A stretch of 63,072 bases of DNA, filler included, from Chiloscyllium plagiosum (GCF_004010195.1; 3 parts of one record of this genome joined end to end with filler, not necessarily neighbours in it); one strand, 5' to 3'. Shown: positions 37,690 to 49,863, counted from the whole stretch's first letter. Notes: generated from the letters alone by a model not told the origin. Numbers and translations: made by a program.

Positions 37690-38950
37690 TCAATTTTGTG
37701 AAGTTAAAACTGTAACCACTTGCATGCCAAAAAGCAGAAGCAGCATGTGATAGACAGGACAAAGCAATCTTGCAACCAATGGATCAGAACTAAGCTCTCC
37801 AGTTGTAAATTGTTGTGAACAATTAACAGGAGGAGGAAGCTCCACAAATTCCACTATCCTTAATGATAGGGGAGTACTACACATCAATGCAAAAGAGAAA
37901 GCGAATGCATTGCATCAATCCTCTCAGAGAAGTGCCAAGTGGTTAATCCACCCCTTCTAAGGTCCCCAGCATCACAGGTACCAGGCTCCCAACAATTTGA
38001 TTCACTCTGTATAATATCAAGAAATGGCTGAAGGTACTGAATGCTGGGTGTAATAACTATTGGTCCTGACAACATACCAGCAACAATACTAAAGGTTTGT
38101 ATTCCAGAACGAAATGCATTTCTAGCCATATTGTTCCAGTACAGCCGCAATACTGACATCTACCCAACAACATAGAAAATTGGCCAGGTATATCTTGTCC
38201 ACAAAAAGCAGCTTAAATCTAACAGGCTAATTACTACCCCAATGTTGTGCTGTTGATCATGAATAAAGTGATGGCAAAGGATGTCGACAGGTACTTGGTA
38301 AAGAATAACTTGCTCACCCACACTGAGTTTGCGTTTAGTCAGGATTAGTCATATTCTGACCTTATTACAGATTTGGTCCCGAAAAGGGAAAATTACAAGA
38401 ACTACGAAGGTGAAGTGAGAGTGACTGCCCTTAACAACAAGGCAGCTATTGGCCAAATATGGCGTCATGGAAACCAAGTAAAACTGGAGTCAATGGCAAT
38501 TAGGAAGTCTCCACAGTGAATGGAATCATTCTAAACACAAAGGTCAGTGGTGGTGGAGGCCAGTCTTCTCAGCTCCAGGATAGCCATGCAGACATTCCTC
38601 AAGGAATTGTCTGAGGCTCGATCATCTTCATCAATGCTTCAGCAATTACCTTCTCTTCAACATAAGGTCAGAGTTGGGGGATCTTTGTTGATGATTACGC
38701 AAAATAGTAAATCAGGAACCCTCAGATACTGAAGCAGTCTGTGTTCACATGCAGCAAAATATGGACAATGTTCAAACTTGGGGTGATATGTGACAAATAA
38801 TATCCATGCCACACAAGTGGCAGGCAATGACCATCTACAACAGGATGGAATCTAAAACTTTACTCATGAGTAACAGAGGTATTGCTGAATTACCCACTAT
38901 CAGCATCCTGAGTGTTAGCACTGACCAGAAACTGAACTGGTCATATAAAT
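37690..38950 (+). mobile_element. Decayed CR1/L2-like LINE ORF2 fragment
   Basis: GGTCCTGACAACATACCAGCA (GPDNIPA), CTTGTCCACAAAAAGCAG and TTTGTTGATGATT (F.DD), with many stops and frameshifts. Confidence 0.75.
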
Positions 38951-38964
38951 AAATAGATGACAAA

Positions 38965-39958
38965 AGGTGCTGGATCCACTACTTTTCATCATTTATATAA
39001 ATAATTTGGATGTGAGCAGAAGAGGTATAGTTAGTAAGTTTGCAGATGACACCAAAATTGGAGGTGTAATGGACAGTGAAGAAAGTTACTTCAGATTACA
39101 ATAGGATCTTGATCAGATAAGCCAATCGGCTGAGAAGTGGCAGATGGATTTTAATTTAGATAAATGCAAGGTGCTGCATTTTGGGAAAGCAAATCTTAAC
39201 TGGACTTATACACTTCATGGCAATGTCCTGGGGAGTGTTGCTGAACAAAGAGACCTTGGAGTGCAGGTTCATAGCTCCTTGAAAGTGGAATCACAGGTAG
39301 ATAGGATAGTGAAGAAGGCGTTTGGTATGCTTTCCTTTATTGGTCAGAGTATTGAGTACTCTGACCATATTGAGGCTGTACAGGACATTGGTCAGGTCAC
39401 TTTTGGAATATTGCGTGCAATTCTGGTCTCCTTTCAATCGGAAAGATGTTGTGAAACTTGATAAGCTTCAGAAAAGATTTACATGGATGTTGTGAGGGTT
39501 GGAGGATGAGCTATAGGGAGAGGCTGGACAGGCTGGGGCTGTTTTCCCTGGAGCATTGGAGGCTGAGGTTTACAGTGACCTTATAGACATTTATAATATC
39601 ATGAGGAGCATGGATAGGATAAATAGACAAGGTCATTTCCTTGGGGTGGGGGAGTCCAGAACTAGAGGGCATAGGTTTAGGGTAAGAGGGGAAAGATATA
39701 AAAGAGACCTAAGGGGCAACTTTTTCACACAGAGAGTGGTACATGTATGGAATGAGCTTCCAGGGGATGTGATGGAGGCTAGTACAATTGCAACATTTAA
39801 AAGGCATCTGGATTGGTATATGAATAGGAAGGGTTTGAAGGGATATGGGTCAGGTGCTGGCAGATGGGAATAGATTGGGTTGGGATATCTGGTCGGTATG
39901 GACAAGATGAACTGTAGAGCATGTTTCCATGCTGTACATCTCTGTGATGCTATGACTC
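38965..39958 (+). mobile_element. 5'-truncated HER1/CR1 LINE
   Basis: SKFADDTKIGG (AGTAAGTTTGCAGATGACACCAAAATTGGAGG); ORFs 39144-39461 and 39556-39873; HER1 tail. Confidence 0.93.
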
Positions 39959-41079
39959 CCTGACTTGTGGTTGATTAAATTAAAAGTGAGAAAATTGACT
40001 CTTAAAATTGCTAAAAGAGGTTCTTGGATTTGAAGATGTTTCTCAAATTTGCCAAGAAAGATTAGAAGGAAAGAGAAAGGCCATACTTTTAGAATTAGCA
40101 AATAAGTTAGATTTGGGTTTAACCAAGGACAAAAGTAAAGCTGAAATTGTCAGGGAATTACTCAAACACTTAGGTGTATCAGAGATACAGACAAGTGCAG
40201 TAGAAATAGAAAAACTTAAATTACAATTGAGGAAAATGGAGATGGAAGATAAATAAAAAGAGAGAGAGAGGAAAGACAGAGGGAGAGGGAAAAGGAAAGA
40301 GAGAAAGAAGAAAGAGAAAGAGAGAGAAGAGAGCGTGAGCAAGAGAGAGAAGAGAGAGAGAGAGACGAAAAAGAAAGAGAGAAAGTTCTTAGCTGAGCAA
40401 ATAGAGAGAGAATTTGAACTTGAGAAGTTGCGACTTAGTCAGCAAAGTCAAGTTAACAGAATGGAGAGTAAAAGGAAATGCAGTGATATGTATTCAAACA
40501 TGTCAAAACTCTGCCACATTTTAATGAGAAAGATGTTGAAGTCTTCTTTATTTCATTTGAAACATTGGCTCGGCAGATGGAGTGGTGCGAGAATTTATGG
40601 GTAGTGCTAGTTCAGACTAAACTGGTAGGTAGAGTGAGTGAAGTATTTGACACACAGTCAGATGAGGTGTCAAGAGATTATGAAGAGGTTAAACAGGCTA
40701 TTTTAAGTGCTTATGAATTGATACCAGAAGCATATAGACAGCGGTTCAGAAACACAAAGAAGGAACCAGGTCACACTTATATTGAGTGCGAAAGAATTGA
40801 ACATAGTAATTTTGATCGATGGGTGTGTGCTTTGAAAATAACCATGACCTTTGAGGAGGAGTTTAAAAACTCACTTCCAGACATGGTAATAATTCACATG
40901 GAGGAACAGAAAGTTCAGGAAGTGAGAAGGGCAGCAGAATTAGCAGATGAGTACATGTTGGTGTATTAGACAAGCTTCCAGTCAGAATTTCATCCTGTGA
41001 GGTATAAAAGTTGGGAGAAGGGAAGATCCTACACTATGAAACCAAGGAATAGATTTGAAAACTGTCAGGAGCCCTCAGT

Positions 41080-41330
41080 GAGAGCTTAGAGGAGATGGGA
41101 GGACAGTGAGGGCTGAGAGGGGGAATGGGATGATAATGAGAGCTGAGAGGGGGATGGGAGGACAGTGAGGGTTGAGAGGGGGATGGGAGGACAGTGAGGT
41201 CTGGGAGGGGGATGGGAGGATCGTGAGAGCTGAGAGGGGATGGGAAGATAATGAGAGCTGAGAGGGGGATGGGAGGACAGTGAGAGTTGAGAAGGGGATG
41301 GGAAGATAGTGAGAGCTGAGAGGGGGAGGC
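41080..41330. repeat. G-rich minisatellite, ~8 units of ~29-31 bp
   Basis: Unit GAGAGCTGAGAGGGGGATGGGAGGACAGT; explains the low-complexity ORFs 41034-41355. Confidence 0.9.
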
Positions 41331-41526
41331 CATGCTCAATGAGCGCATCATTCAACCAAACCAGATTGGATAGGTCCGCTGATTGTCTTAGTTTCCAAAT
41401 TGGATGGGACTTAACGATTCTGCGTGGATTATCAGGAGGTCAATGCCCTTACAAAATCCGACTCGTATCTAATTCCTAGGTTAGAAGACTGTATCAAGAG
41501 AGTCGGATAAGCCAGTTATATCACCA

Positions 41527-42270
41527 TAGAGTCATAGAGTCATAGAGTCATAGAGATGTACAGCATGGAAACAGACCCTTCAGTCCAACCCGTCCATGCC
41601 GACCAGATATCCCAACCCAATCTAGTCCCATCTGCCAGCACCCGGCCCATATCCCTTCAAACACTTTCTATTCATATACCCATCCAAATGCCTCTTAAAT
41701 GTTGCAATTGTACCAGCCTCCACCACTCCCTCTGGCAGCTCGTTCCACGTACAACCCTCTGCATAAAATAAATTGCCCCTTAGGTCTCTCTTATATCTTT
41801 TCCCTCACCCAAAATATATGCCCTGTAGTTCTGGACTCCCCCACCGCAGGGAAAAGACTTTGTCTATTTATCCTATCCATGCCCCTCATGATTTTATAAA
41901 ACTCTATAAGGTCACCCTCAGCCTCCGACGTTCTAGGGAAAACAGCCCCAGCCTATTCAACCTCCCCTTTAGTTCAAATCCTCCAACCCTCGCAACATCC
42001 TTGTAAATCTTTTCTGAACCCTTTCAAGTTTAGCAACATCTTTCCGATAGGAAGGAGACCAGAATTGCACGCAATATTCCAACAGTGGCCTAACCAATGT
42101 CCTGTACAGCCGCAACATGTCCTCCCAATTCCTGTACTCAATACTCTGACCAATAAAGGAAAGCATACCAAATGCCTTCTTCACTGTCCTATCTACCTGC
42201 ACTCCAAGGTGTCTTTGTTCAGCAACACTCCCTCGGACCTTACCATTACATGTATAAGTCCTGCTAAGAT
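41527..42270 (-). mobile_element. HER1/CR1 LINE inserted into the Gypsy RT
   Basis: (TAGAGTCA)3 tail and LYRTLVRPLLEYCVQFWSP; the Gypsy RT reads ..ASYIT before the insert and KLDLMHGYWQ after it. Confidence 0.93.
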
Positions 42271-43016
42271 CAAGTTGGACTTAATGCATGGTTACTGGCA
42301 GGTACCTTTATCAGAGAAAGAAATTACAACATTTGTAACACCAAATGGATTATATCAGTTTAAAGTGATGCCTTTTGGAATGAAGAATGCACCCGCCACA
42401 TTCCAAAGACTTATGAACAGAGTTGTGACTGGGTTAACAACCTGTGCAGTCTATTTGGACAATGCAGTGATCTTTAGTAAGGCCTGGAAAGATCACATGG
42501 TACAGTTGCAGAGCTCTTTGAATGGCTACGAGAAGCAAAACTGGTGATAAACTTAAATAAAACCAAATTTGCAAAAGCAGAGGTTACGTTCTTGTTATAT
42601 AACATCGGTCATGGAAGGTTGAGCCCATGGAATGCAAAGACGAAGGATATCAAGAAATTTCCACAACCAACCTCAAAAAAAGAGGTGCTTCAATTCTTAG
42701 GACTCAGCGGATTCTGTTGGAACTTTGTTCTAAACTTCAGCGGTGTAGTGTCACAGTTAACTGATTTACTGAAGAAGAGCACAAATTTTCGGTGGACAGA
42801 ACCATGCCAGCAGGCATTCAACCATTTTCACCACCAAACTAGTTTTAGCTACACCAAACTTTTCAAAACCATTTGTATACATGCACTTATATGGGAAGAA
42901 GGTAAGTGAACTTAGATGATAGTTATCTGTGTGTTATGGTAATGTGTTTAAAAAATAGAAAGGAAAATGAAGACATCTTTTCAATACGATGATTCATTTT
43001 TTATTTAAGGGGGAGG

Positions 43017-43699
43017 TGTTATGAATATGTAGAAGTGTACCTTTAAGAGAGTGAAGGACTTGGCAAGCAGACCGAGTGCTGGAGAATTTACAATGTAACA
43101 TTTGATTCAGAACAGTTGGCACAGGCTGAGTTGCTATGAGACAAAAAAAAATTCGGCAAATCAGTTTAATTTATATCCCGAAAATACCAAATTCCAATCC
43201 AGTTTGAATTTAGTATATTAACTGCCAAGCTACCAGCATGTAAACAGATTGCCTGAAAAATAGCTCCCTTAAAGGTACCTTTCTCAATCAGTAACCTGTG
43301 AAGCAGAATCCCCAAGAAGAACAAAACAGACAGAAATACACATTTTGAAGCTCCTTGGATGCTGCCTGAACTGCTGTGCTCTTCCAGCACCACTAATCCA
43401 GAAATACACAGAAGAACTGAAAGCTGCCTGGTTTTGAGATAAGAAGTTTTGTTTTGTAAATCTTAATCAGGGGGGTTTTATCAGACTAGTATTGTAGAAG
43501 GAGAAGGTAAAAAATAGGTTAGAAGAAGGAGTTGTAAGTAGTTGTTAGTTAAATTTTGCTGTTATACTTTAAGAAATAAAGTTGTTAATTTTTACTTTAG
43601 TTCTTGACCTCTCGAATTTTCATAGATTATTGCACAGGATAAATCTTTTCTGTGTTTCCGGGTTAAATTGAGCAGGAGGGTTGACCCTGTGTTGTAACA
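43017..43699 (+). repeat. 3' LTR of the Gypsy element
   Basis: Polypurine tract AAGGGGGAGG (43007-43016) directly precedes TGTTA; the LTR ends TAACA and contains AATAAA near 43575. Confidence 0.85.
43343..43398 (+). mobile_element. 56-bp PLE-derived micro-insertion in the LTR
   Basis: GCTCCTTGGATGCTGCCTGAACTGCTGTGCTCTTCCAGCACCAC, flanked by exact TSD CAGAAATACACA (43331-43342, 43399-43410). Confidence 0.85.
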
Positions 43700-44269
43700 A
43701 TACCGTTAGCATCAATGGCTCATAATCTTGGTTGTCTCTACTTAACATCACTGTGGAGGTCACCTCACCCAAGGACTTCAGTGCTTCAAAAACGTAGTTC
43801 ACCATCACCCTTCTTCAGGCCAATTATGCAATAGATTCTGGTCTCAGTAGAATGAGGAAAAAAATAAGTTAAATTAAATTCAATAAAGATGGTAGGGCAG
43901 ATGTAGCACACGTACAGCATCGAAGCTGGAGGGTGTGTGTGTTTATGAAGTTGGCAGGGATGTTTATTATGTGTAAGATGTTTTCTACTCCTTCTTAAAA
44001 ACCTCTATTTTGAGGGATGCCACTTTGTCTGTATCTGCACTCCTCCTGCTTTTTCATTATATTAGAGACTTTAGTATTTAAAAATGAAAGTAACATTTGG
44101 AAAAGTTCCATGGACATTTTTAATAACTGTAAGGAACATAACACCAATCCTGTTGCAGCATAATTAATGACTGGTCCTGAAATTGATGATGTTCAAAATT
44201 TGACTTCTGATGATTCCGTATGTTGGCATTCAGGATTTGGGACAGTATAATGCTATATATATATATATA

Positions 44270-44725
44270 GGTCTAAAACATTGGGAAGAACTTAAAACAA
44301 TAACCATAGTTCAAGAAACTGCACTTGGATAATAATAGGACTAAAGGCAAACATGTTCCCTGGACGTAATGGCCTGCAGTTTAGTATCTTAAAATCTTAA
44401 AGACTATCAATGGTTTGACAAGGTAAATGTTGAGAGGATTTTTTTTAATGACGTAAATTGAGAACTGGGGCCGTTTCATAATAAAAGTTCATTTAATACT
44501 GAAGTGAAGAGATATTTGAACTCTCAGAGGTTAATTAGTCTTTGGAACTCTGTAACACAATAGCAGTTAAAGCTGAGCTTTTGATCATGTTCAAGGCTGA
44601 TTCAGACAGATTTTTGTTGTACAAAGAATCAAGCAATTTTGATGATAGGGATGCAAGGGAAGTTGATACCATGATTTCATTAAAGGACGGAATAGATGGA
44701 TAGGCCAAATGACCCACTTCTGCTT
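44270..44725 (+). mobile_element. Old CR1 LINE fragments
   Basis: CTCTCAGAGGTTAATTAGTCTTTGGAACTCT..TTCAAGGCTGATTCAGACAGATTTTTG. Confidence 0.6.
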
Positions 44726-44740
44726 CTTTTTGTTTTGTTA

Positions 44741-45800
44741 TTAGGAGAAAGTGAGGACTGCAGATGCTGGAAAGTCAGAGTCAAAAAGTCAAACATTGAT
44801 AATTATATCAGTGCCATCTCGTGCTCCGATGAGGAGGTTGAACAGTTCGTCAACTTCATAAACACCTTCCACCCTGACCTTAAGTTCTCAAGGACATCTC
44901 TGACACCTCGCTCCCCTTCCTGGACCTCTCCGTTTTTATCTCCAGCAACTGACTCAACACGGGCATCTGTTTTAAACCCATCGACTCCCACAACTACCTT
45001 GATTACACCTCCTGCCACCTTCACTCCTGTAAAAACGCGATCCCTCACTCTCAATTCCTCCCCCTTAACTGGACCTGCTCCCAGGAGGAGTAATTCCATT
45101 CCAGGACATCTCAGATGGCCTCCTATTTCACGGACTGCAATTTCCCTTCCCATGTGATCAACAAAACCTTCCAGCGCATCCCCTCCGCTTTCCACACCTT
45201 CACTCTTGAACCCCATCCCTTGAACTGCAACAACAATAGAACCCCCGTTAGCTATTGTGTCCGTTGTTCTCAATGTGGTCTCCTCTCCATCAGGGAGACA
45301 GGATACCAACTCATAGAATGTTTCAGGGAACATCTCTGGGACTTTAACTCTCCATCCCACTCCTCCATGGACAAGCAAATCCTCCACTGTCAAATCCAAG
45401 CTACCCACCAAATTGAGGAAGAACGCCTCACCTTCTGCCTCGGGACCCTTCACCACATGGCATCAACATTGACTTTGCTCGTTTCCAAATCTCCCCTCCC
45501 CCCACCTCGTCCCAGATCCAACTCTCCAACTTGTCACCACCCTCTTGACCTGTCCTACATGTCCATCTTTCTTCCCACCTATCTGCTCCACCTTGCCCAC
45601 CGACTTATCACAATTACCCACCACTTGCGTCCACCTATCACCTTCCCAGCTACCTCCCCACAGCCGCACCCTTCTCTCCATACCCCTATTTAGCTCTTTC
45701 CCCCTCCACGTCCCTGATGAAGGGCTTATGCCCGAAACGTTGACTTTCCTGCTATTCAGATGTTGTCTGCCTTGCTGTGCTTATTCAGCACCACGCTTTC
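44741..45800 (+). mobile_element. Penelope-like (Neptune-type) element: antisense tail followed by a ~1-kb arm with RT, GIY-YIG and hammerhead
   Basis: IDNYISAISCSDEEVEQFVNFINTFHPDLKF (RT) and YCVRCSQCGLLSIRETG..FREH..EEERLTFCLGTL (GIY-YIG with CxxC); tail 44741-44788 is on the opposite strand. Confidence 0.9.
45710..45744 (+). ncRNA. Minimal hammerhead ribozyme motif
   Basis: GUCC-CUGAUGA-A-GGGC-UUAU-GCCC-GAA-ACGU-U-GAC; core intact, stem I imperfect. Confidence 0.68.
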
Positions 45801-46184
45801 CAATTCTTGTTTAGTTCTTACACGACAAAGATTTTGTCAAACCCTTGAGAGAAGCAGATACATCTAGCCATGAGGAGAAGATATGTCTGTTCACATTTGC
45901 TATTTTTAGCAATTTCCTTCATCAATCAAAATAATTAATTAATATTAAAAACAGCTGCCTGAAACCCTCTGGGTGTCTGCCTTGCTGTGCTTATCCAGCA
46001 CCACGCTTTCCAATTCTTGTTTAGTTCTTACACGACAAAGATTTTGTCAAACCCTCGAGAGAAGCAGATACATCTAGCCATGAAGGAGAAGATATGTCTG
46101 TTCACATTTGCTATTTTTAGCAATTTCCTTCATCAATCAAAATAATTAATTAATATTAAAAACAGCTGCCTGAAACCCTCTGGG
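45764..46184. repeat. ~210-bp tandem duplication (45764-45973 / 45974-46184)
   Basis: Copies differ by two substitutions and one 1-bp indel that I could see. Confidence 0.95.
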
Positions 46185-46389
46185 GAGTTTCATCCTTCAC
46201 AACTGCGAAATTAAGAGGTATTGCTACTGTTCATTCCTATTTATTTTTGTTTGTATTATTCACATTCCAATTTTTAACATGCTGCTTAATTACAAAAGAC
46301 TTCACTTCAACCACGAGTCTTAAAAAAAGGCCAATTAATGAATGGATTCTGAATGCCTCAGTACATGGTCTACTAGCTTTGTCCTTAAT

Positions 46390-46505
46390 TATTTTTATCA
46401 ATCTGTTCAGAGTTGCTATCACAGATGTCTGGAGCAGGTGGGACTTGAACCTGGACATCCTGGTCCAGGGGTGGGGGCACTACCACTACCACTGTAAACA
46501 AGGGA
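46390..46505 (-). mobile_element. Solo copy of the short tRNA-derived SINE unit
   Basis: ATCAATCTGTTCAGAG..TCTGGAGCAGGTGGGACTTGAACCTGG..CACTACCACTG. Confidence 0.75.
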
Positions 46506-46761
46506 TTTCAATGTCAAAGAATAGGCAGAATGTATCTCTTTGTTAGAAATTCCAGTATTTTTTCTTACGTTAAGTTAGTAGAACATGCTTGCAACTTGTT
46601 TTGTTATGATTATAAGATTTGTGATCCTTCTTCTTACTATTTCTTGTTGAACTGTAAACTGAACATAAATTTAGCTCTGTCCAACCACCCCGCCCCCCCG
46701 CCCCCCCACAGTCCTGTTTTCCTTTATCTTCTTAAGACATTCTTAGATGCATTCACCAACT

Positions 46762-47096
46762 GGGTGGCAAGGTGATTCAGTGGTTAGCACTACTACCTCA
46801 CACTGATAGAGATGCTGGTCCAATTCTGGCCTTGGGTGACTGTCTGTATGGAGTTTGCACATTCTCCCCATGTCTGTGTGGGTTTCCTCCAGGTGCTCTT
46901 ATTTTCCTCCTACAATCCAAAGATGTGCAGGTTAAGTGAATTGACTGCTAAATTTCCCATAGTTTTCAGGGATGTGTAGGTTTGGCACGTTAATCAGGGG
47001 CATCTGTAGGGGAATGGGTCAAGGTGCGTTTCTCTTCAGAGGTTTGGTGTGGACTTATTGGGCTGAAGGGCCTGTTTCCACACAGTTGGGATTCAA
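46762..47096 (+). mobile_element. HE1-type V-SINE
   Basis: GGTGATTCAGTGGTTAGCACT..GGAGTTTGCACATTCTCCCC..GGGCCTGTTTCCACAC. Confidence 0.9.
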
Positions 47097-47799
47097 TAAA
47101 TTTTAAACACGTCTTTAGGCTCTTCAGTAGGGACCTTACAGTTGCTGGTCTAGCCTGCAATGCACACATCATGTAGAAGAATATAAAAACAAACAGTTAA
47201 TCTTTGTTTTTCCCACTACCTCAAGTGATCCACTCCAAAACTAATGAGAAAGATATACCTTTTTCTGATGGGGCAAGTGAATGGAAATGCCACACTTATG
47301 TTATATTCACATAATCCCACCTCAAAGCTTACAGCGTCCTACGTGTTCTTTAATGCTCTGCCTTTTGAGAGTATCTCAAAAATGTCTTCATATTCCCTAA
47401 GGCATCATCAGTCATTTATCTTTCCAATTTTCATTCTGTGTGTCATATTTACTTATGCCAAATCTGTTTTTAATTAAGCATTTCTGCTAGGATTTACCTG
47501 TGTCCTTAAATCTTTATAACATTTTTGTTTCTATTCTCGACAATGTTTTGATTTGTATGTTCACTGTTTTAGACTGAAATTCTACTCAGAAAGAAAGGAA
47601 ACTTTTTAAAATACTAATGTACATGCACAAGTAATTGATGTGTTCTTTTTCTTTCTCTTCTCTGTCTTCTCCCTGAAGACACTCTTTTATAATGGAGTAA
47701 TAGCCACTAAATACCAGCAAGCATCAAATGCTTTATGCGAGGAATTTCTTATTTGAACTTTGACATTGCTCAAGAAGATTAAGCCCTATTATACACTGA

Positions 47800-48203
47800 A
47801 TCATAGAATCATAGAGATATACAGCACAGAAACAGACCTTTTCCGTCCAACTCATCCATGCTGACCAGATATCTCAACCCAACCTGCCAGCACCGGCCCA
47901 TATCCCTCCAAATCCTTCCCATTCATATATCCAACCAGAAGCCTTTTAATGTTGCAATTGTACCAGCCTCCACCACTTCATCTGGCAGCTCATTCCATAC
48001 ATGTACCATCCTCTGTGTGAAAAAGTTGCCCCTTAGGTTTCTTTTATATCTTTCCCCTCTCACCCTAAACCTATGCCCTCTAGTTCTGGACTCCCCCACC
48101 CCAGGGAAGAGACTTTGACTATTTATCCTATCCATGCTCCTCATGATCTTTTAAACCTCTGCAAGGTACCCCTCAGCCTCTAACTCTCCAGGGAAAACAG
48201 CCT
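47800..48203 (-). mobile_element. HER1/CR1 LINE 3' fragment
   Basis: ORF 47923-48144 (..GNFFTQRMVHVWNELP..) and (ATCATAGA)n tail. Confidence 0.9.
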
Positions 48204-48636
48204 TTTTAATCTAATCATTCAGCTATGGTTGAAGATTGGAATGGAGGATGGTGGGCAGGATATGACAAGCATGCTAGTTCTGTTGTTCCATTCTTCCATT
48301 TTTCTCAAGTCGGGAAGGAGGAGGGGGAACGGTTTGGTCTGGTTGTCTACTTTCAAACAGTAGATGGATTAACCGATTGTTAACAGGCCTATGTAAATCT
48401 ATCTTTTGTGTCTTCCCCCTGAAGTAGCCAGCTGGCAGCACACTGCAGGGTGGCAGGTAAGCAAAGTAGGACTAAGCAGCCTACTTGGTAAGCTTAAAGA
48501 CCCTCTCCATCTGCCTGGCTTCAGCTAGCTGCAGACACAGGGCATTCTGGGATGTGCAACGGTCTTTTTAAATGTTACCTTTGTCAATGTGGCACTTCAT
48601 TTTGGTGAACTTCTCCAAACAAGCATAAGAAATCAT

Positions 48637-49577
48637 CAAGTTAAAAATCACACAATACCAGGTTATAGTCAAACAGGCTTATTTGGAAGCACTATTTTTT
48701 GCAGTGCTGCTCCTTCATCAGTTGGTTGTGGGGTATAAGATCATAGGACACAGAATTTATAGCAAAAGTTTACAGTGTGATGTAACTGAAATAATATATT
48801 GAAAAAGACCTGGATTGTTTGTTAAGTCTCTCATCTTTTAGTATGGCCACGCTGGTCTCAGTTCTTTTATGTGTAAATCCCTTAACTTTCTGAAAGTTAC
48901 ATTCTCAGTTGAACTTTAACAATAGATGCCATGTTGGCCCAAATAATGCATTGAAGGTGCGAGGTGCCCTGTGTAAGACTGTCTGTGTCCCAATGTTCAG
49001 ACTGATTCTAATCTAATAAAGGGATTTACAGAATCTTACATGGATTCATGCAGTTTTTAAGCAAAATAAAATATATTTCTCCAAATACAAACTCACCCTG
49101 CAAACTTTTGTGTATGTGTGTTTGTGTGCTGGGGGTGGGGTGTGTGTGTGTGGGGGAGGGGGGGGGGTTGGTGGTATGAGTGTCTGTAAGAGAGTGTATG
49201 CGTCTGTATGTATGTGAGTATGAGTGTAAAGGAGTACAAGCCTGTGAGAGGGTGCGTGTGTGCGTGAGAGTGTGGGAGAGTATGTGTGAGCACATGACAG
49301 CGAACTTGCGTATGAGAGAGGTGTGCGTGATTGTATGGGTCTGTAGGAGTGTGTGTGTGTGTCTATGTGTGTCTGTCTATCTGTGACATGTCACAGAGTT
49401 CATGTCATACTATAGGTGCCCCACTGCACTACACGTGCAGACATACACAGACAAACACATAAACACACACATACAAACACACAACATACACACATTGATA
49501 GTCCTGTCGGACTGTAACCTGGTGTTGTGAGATTTTCAACTTTGTGCACCCCAGTCCAACACCAGCCCCTCCAAATC
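48637..49577 (+). mobile_element. Asymmetric Penelope-derived foldback insertion (~740-bp inverted arm, short sense arm, tail)
   Basis: 48638-48840 matches 31050-31252; TG-rich and CA-rich tracts face each other; tail GTGCACCCCAGTCCAACACC..CTCCAAATC; TSD AAGAAATCAT/AAGAAGTCAT (48627-48636, 49578-49587). Confidence 0.85.
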
Positions 49578-49740
49578 AAGAAGTCATAAGACATAGGAGC
49601 AGAAGTAGGCCATTCAATGAAAATGTGGCTCGCCTGTAACTCCACTTTCTTTGCTTTTCCCCATAACCATGATTCCCCAGTATTTTAGAAGTCTGACCAT
49701 CTCAGTAAAATGTTTTCTCATTGGCTGAGCAGTGCTGACA

Positions 49741-49863
49741 TGGAAATGTGTTGCTGGAGAAGCGCAGCAGGTCAGGCAGCATCTAGGGGCTGGAGAAGCG
49801 CAGCAGGTCAGGCAGCATAGGATCCCTCTACATCTGATCTCCAGCATCTGCAGACCTCATTTT
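49741..49863 (+). mobile_element. Minimal PLE-derived insertion: internally duplicated inverted arm plus tail
   Basis: GCTGGAGAAGCGCAGCAGGTCAGGCAGCAT twice, then CTGATCTCCAGCATCTGCAGACCTCA; exact 16-bp TSD CTGAGCAGTGCTGACA (49725-49740, 49864-49879). Confidence 0.88.

Larger units (their letters stand above)
39960..43699 (+). mobile_element. Decayed Gypsy (Gmr1-like) LTR retrotransposon: gag with SCAN-like domain, RT remnants, PPT and 3' LTR
   Basis: gag ..DYEEVKQAILSAYELIPEAYRQRFR..; RT ..RFCVDY.., KLDLMHGYWQVPL..MPFGMKNAPATFQRLMN..YLDN..FLGLSG; large internal deletions. Confidence 0.9.

Noticed and set aside
41034..41355. Ser/Pro/His-rich repetitive ORFs
   Set aside because: Antisense translation of a minisatellite.
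44803..45456. 217-aa minus-strand ORF
   Set aside because: Antisense to the PLE RT/endonuclease remnant; no recognisable domain.
49026..49386. His/Thr-rich and Val/Cys-rich ORFs
   Set aside because: Translations of degenerate (CA)n/(TG)n tracts in a PLE 3' region.
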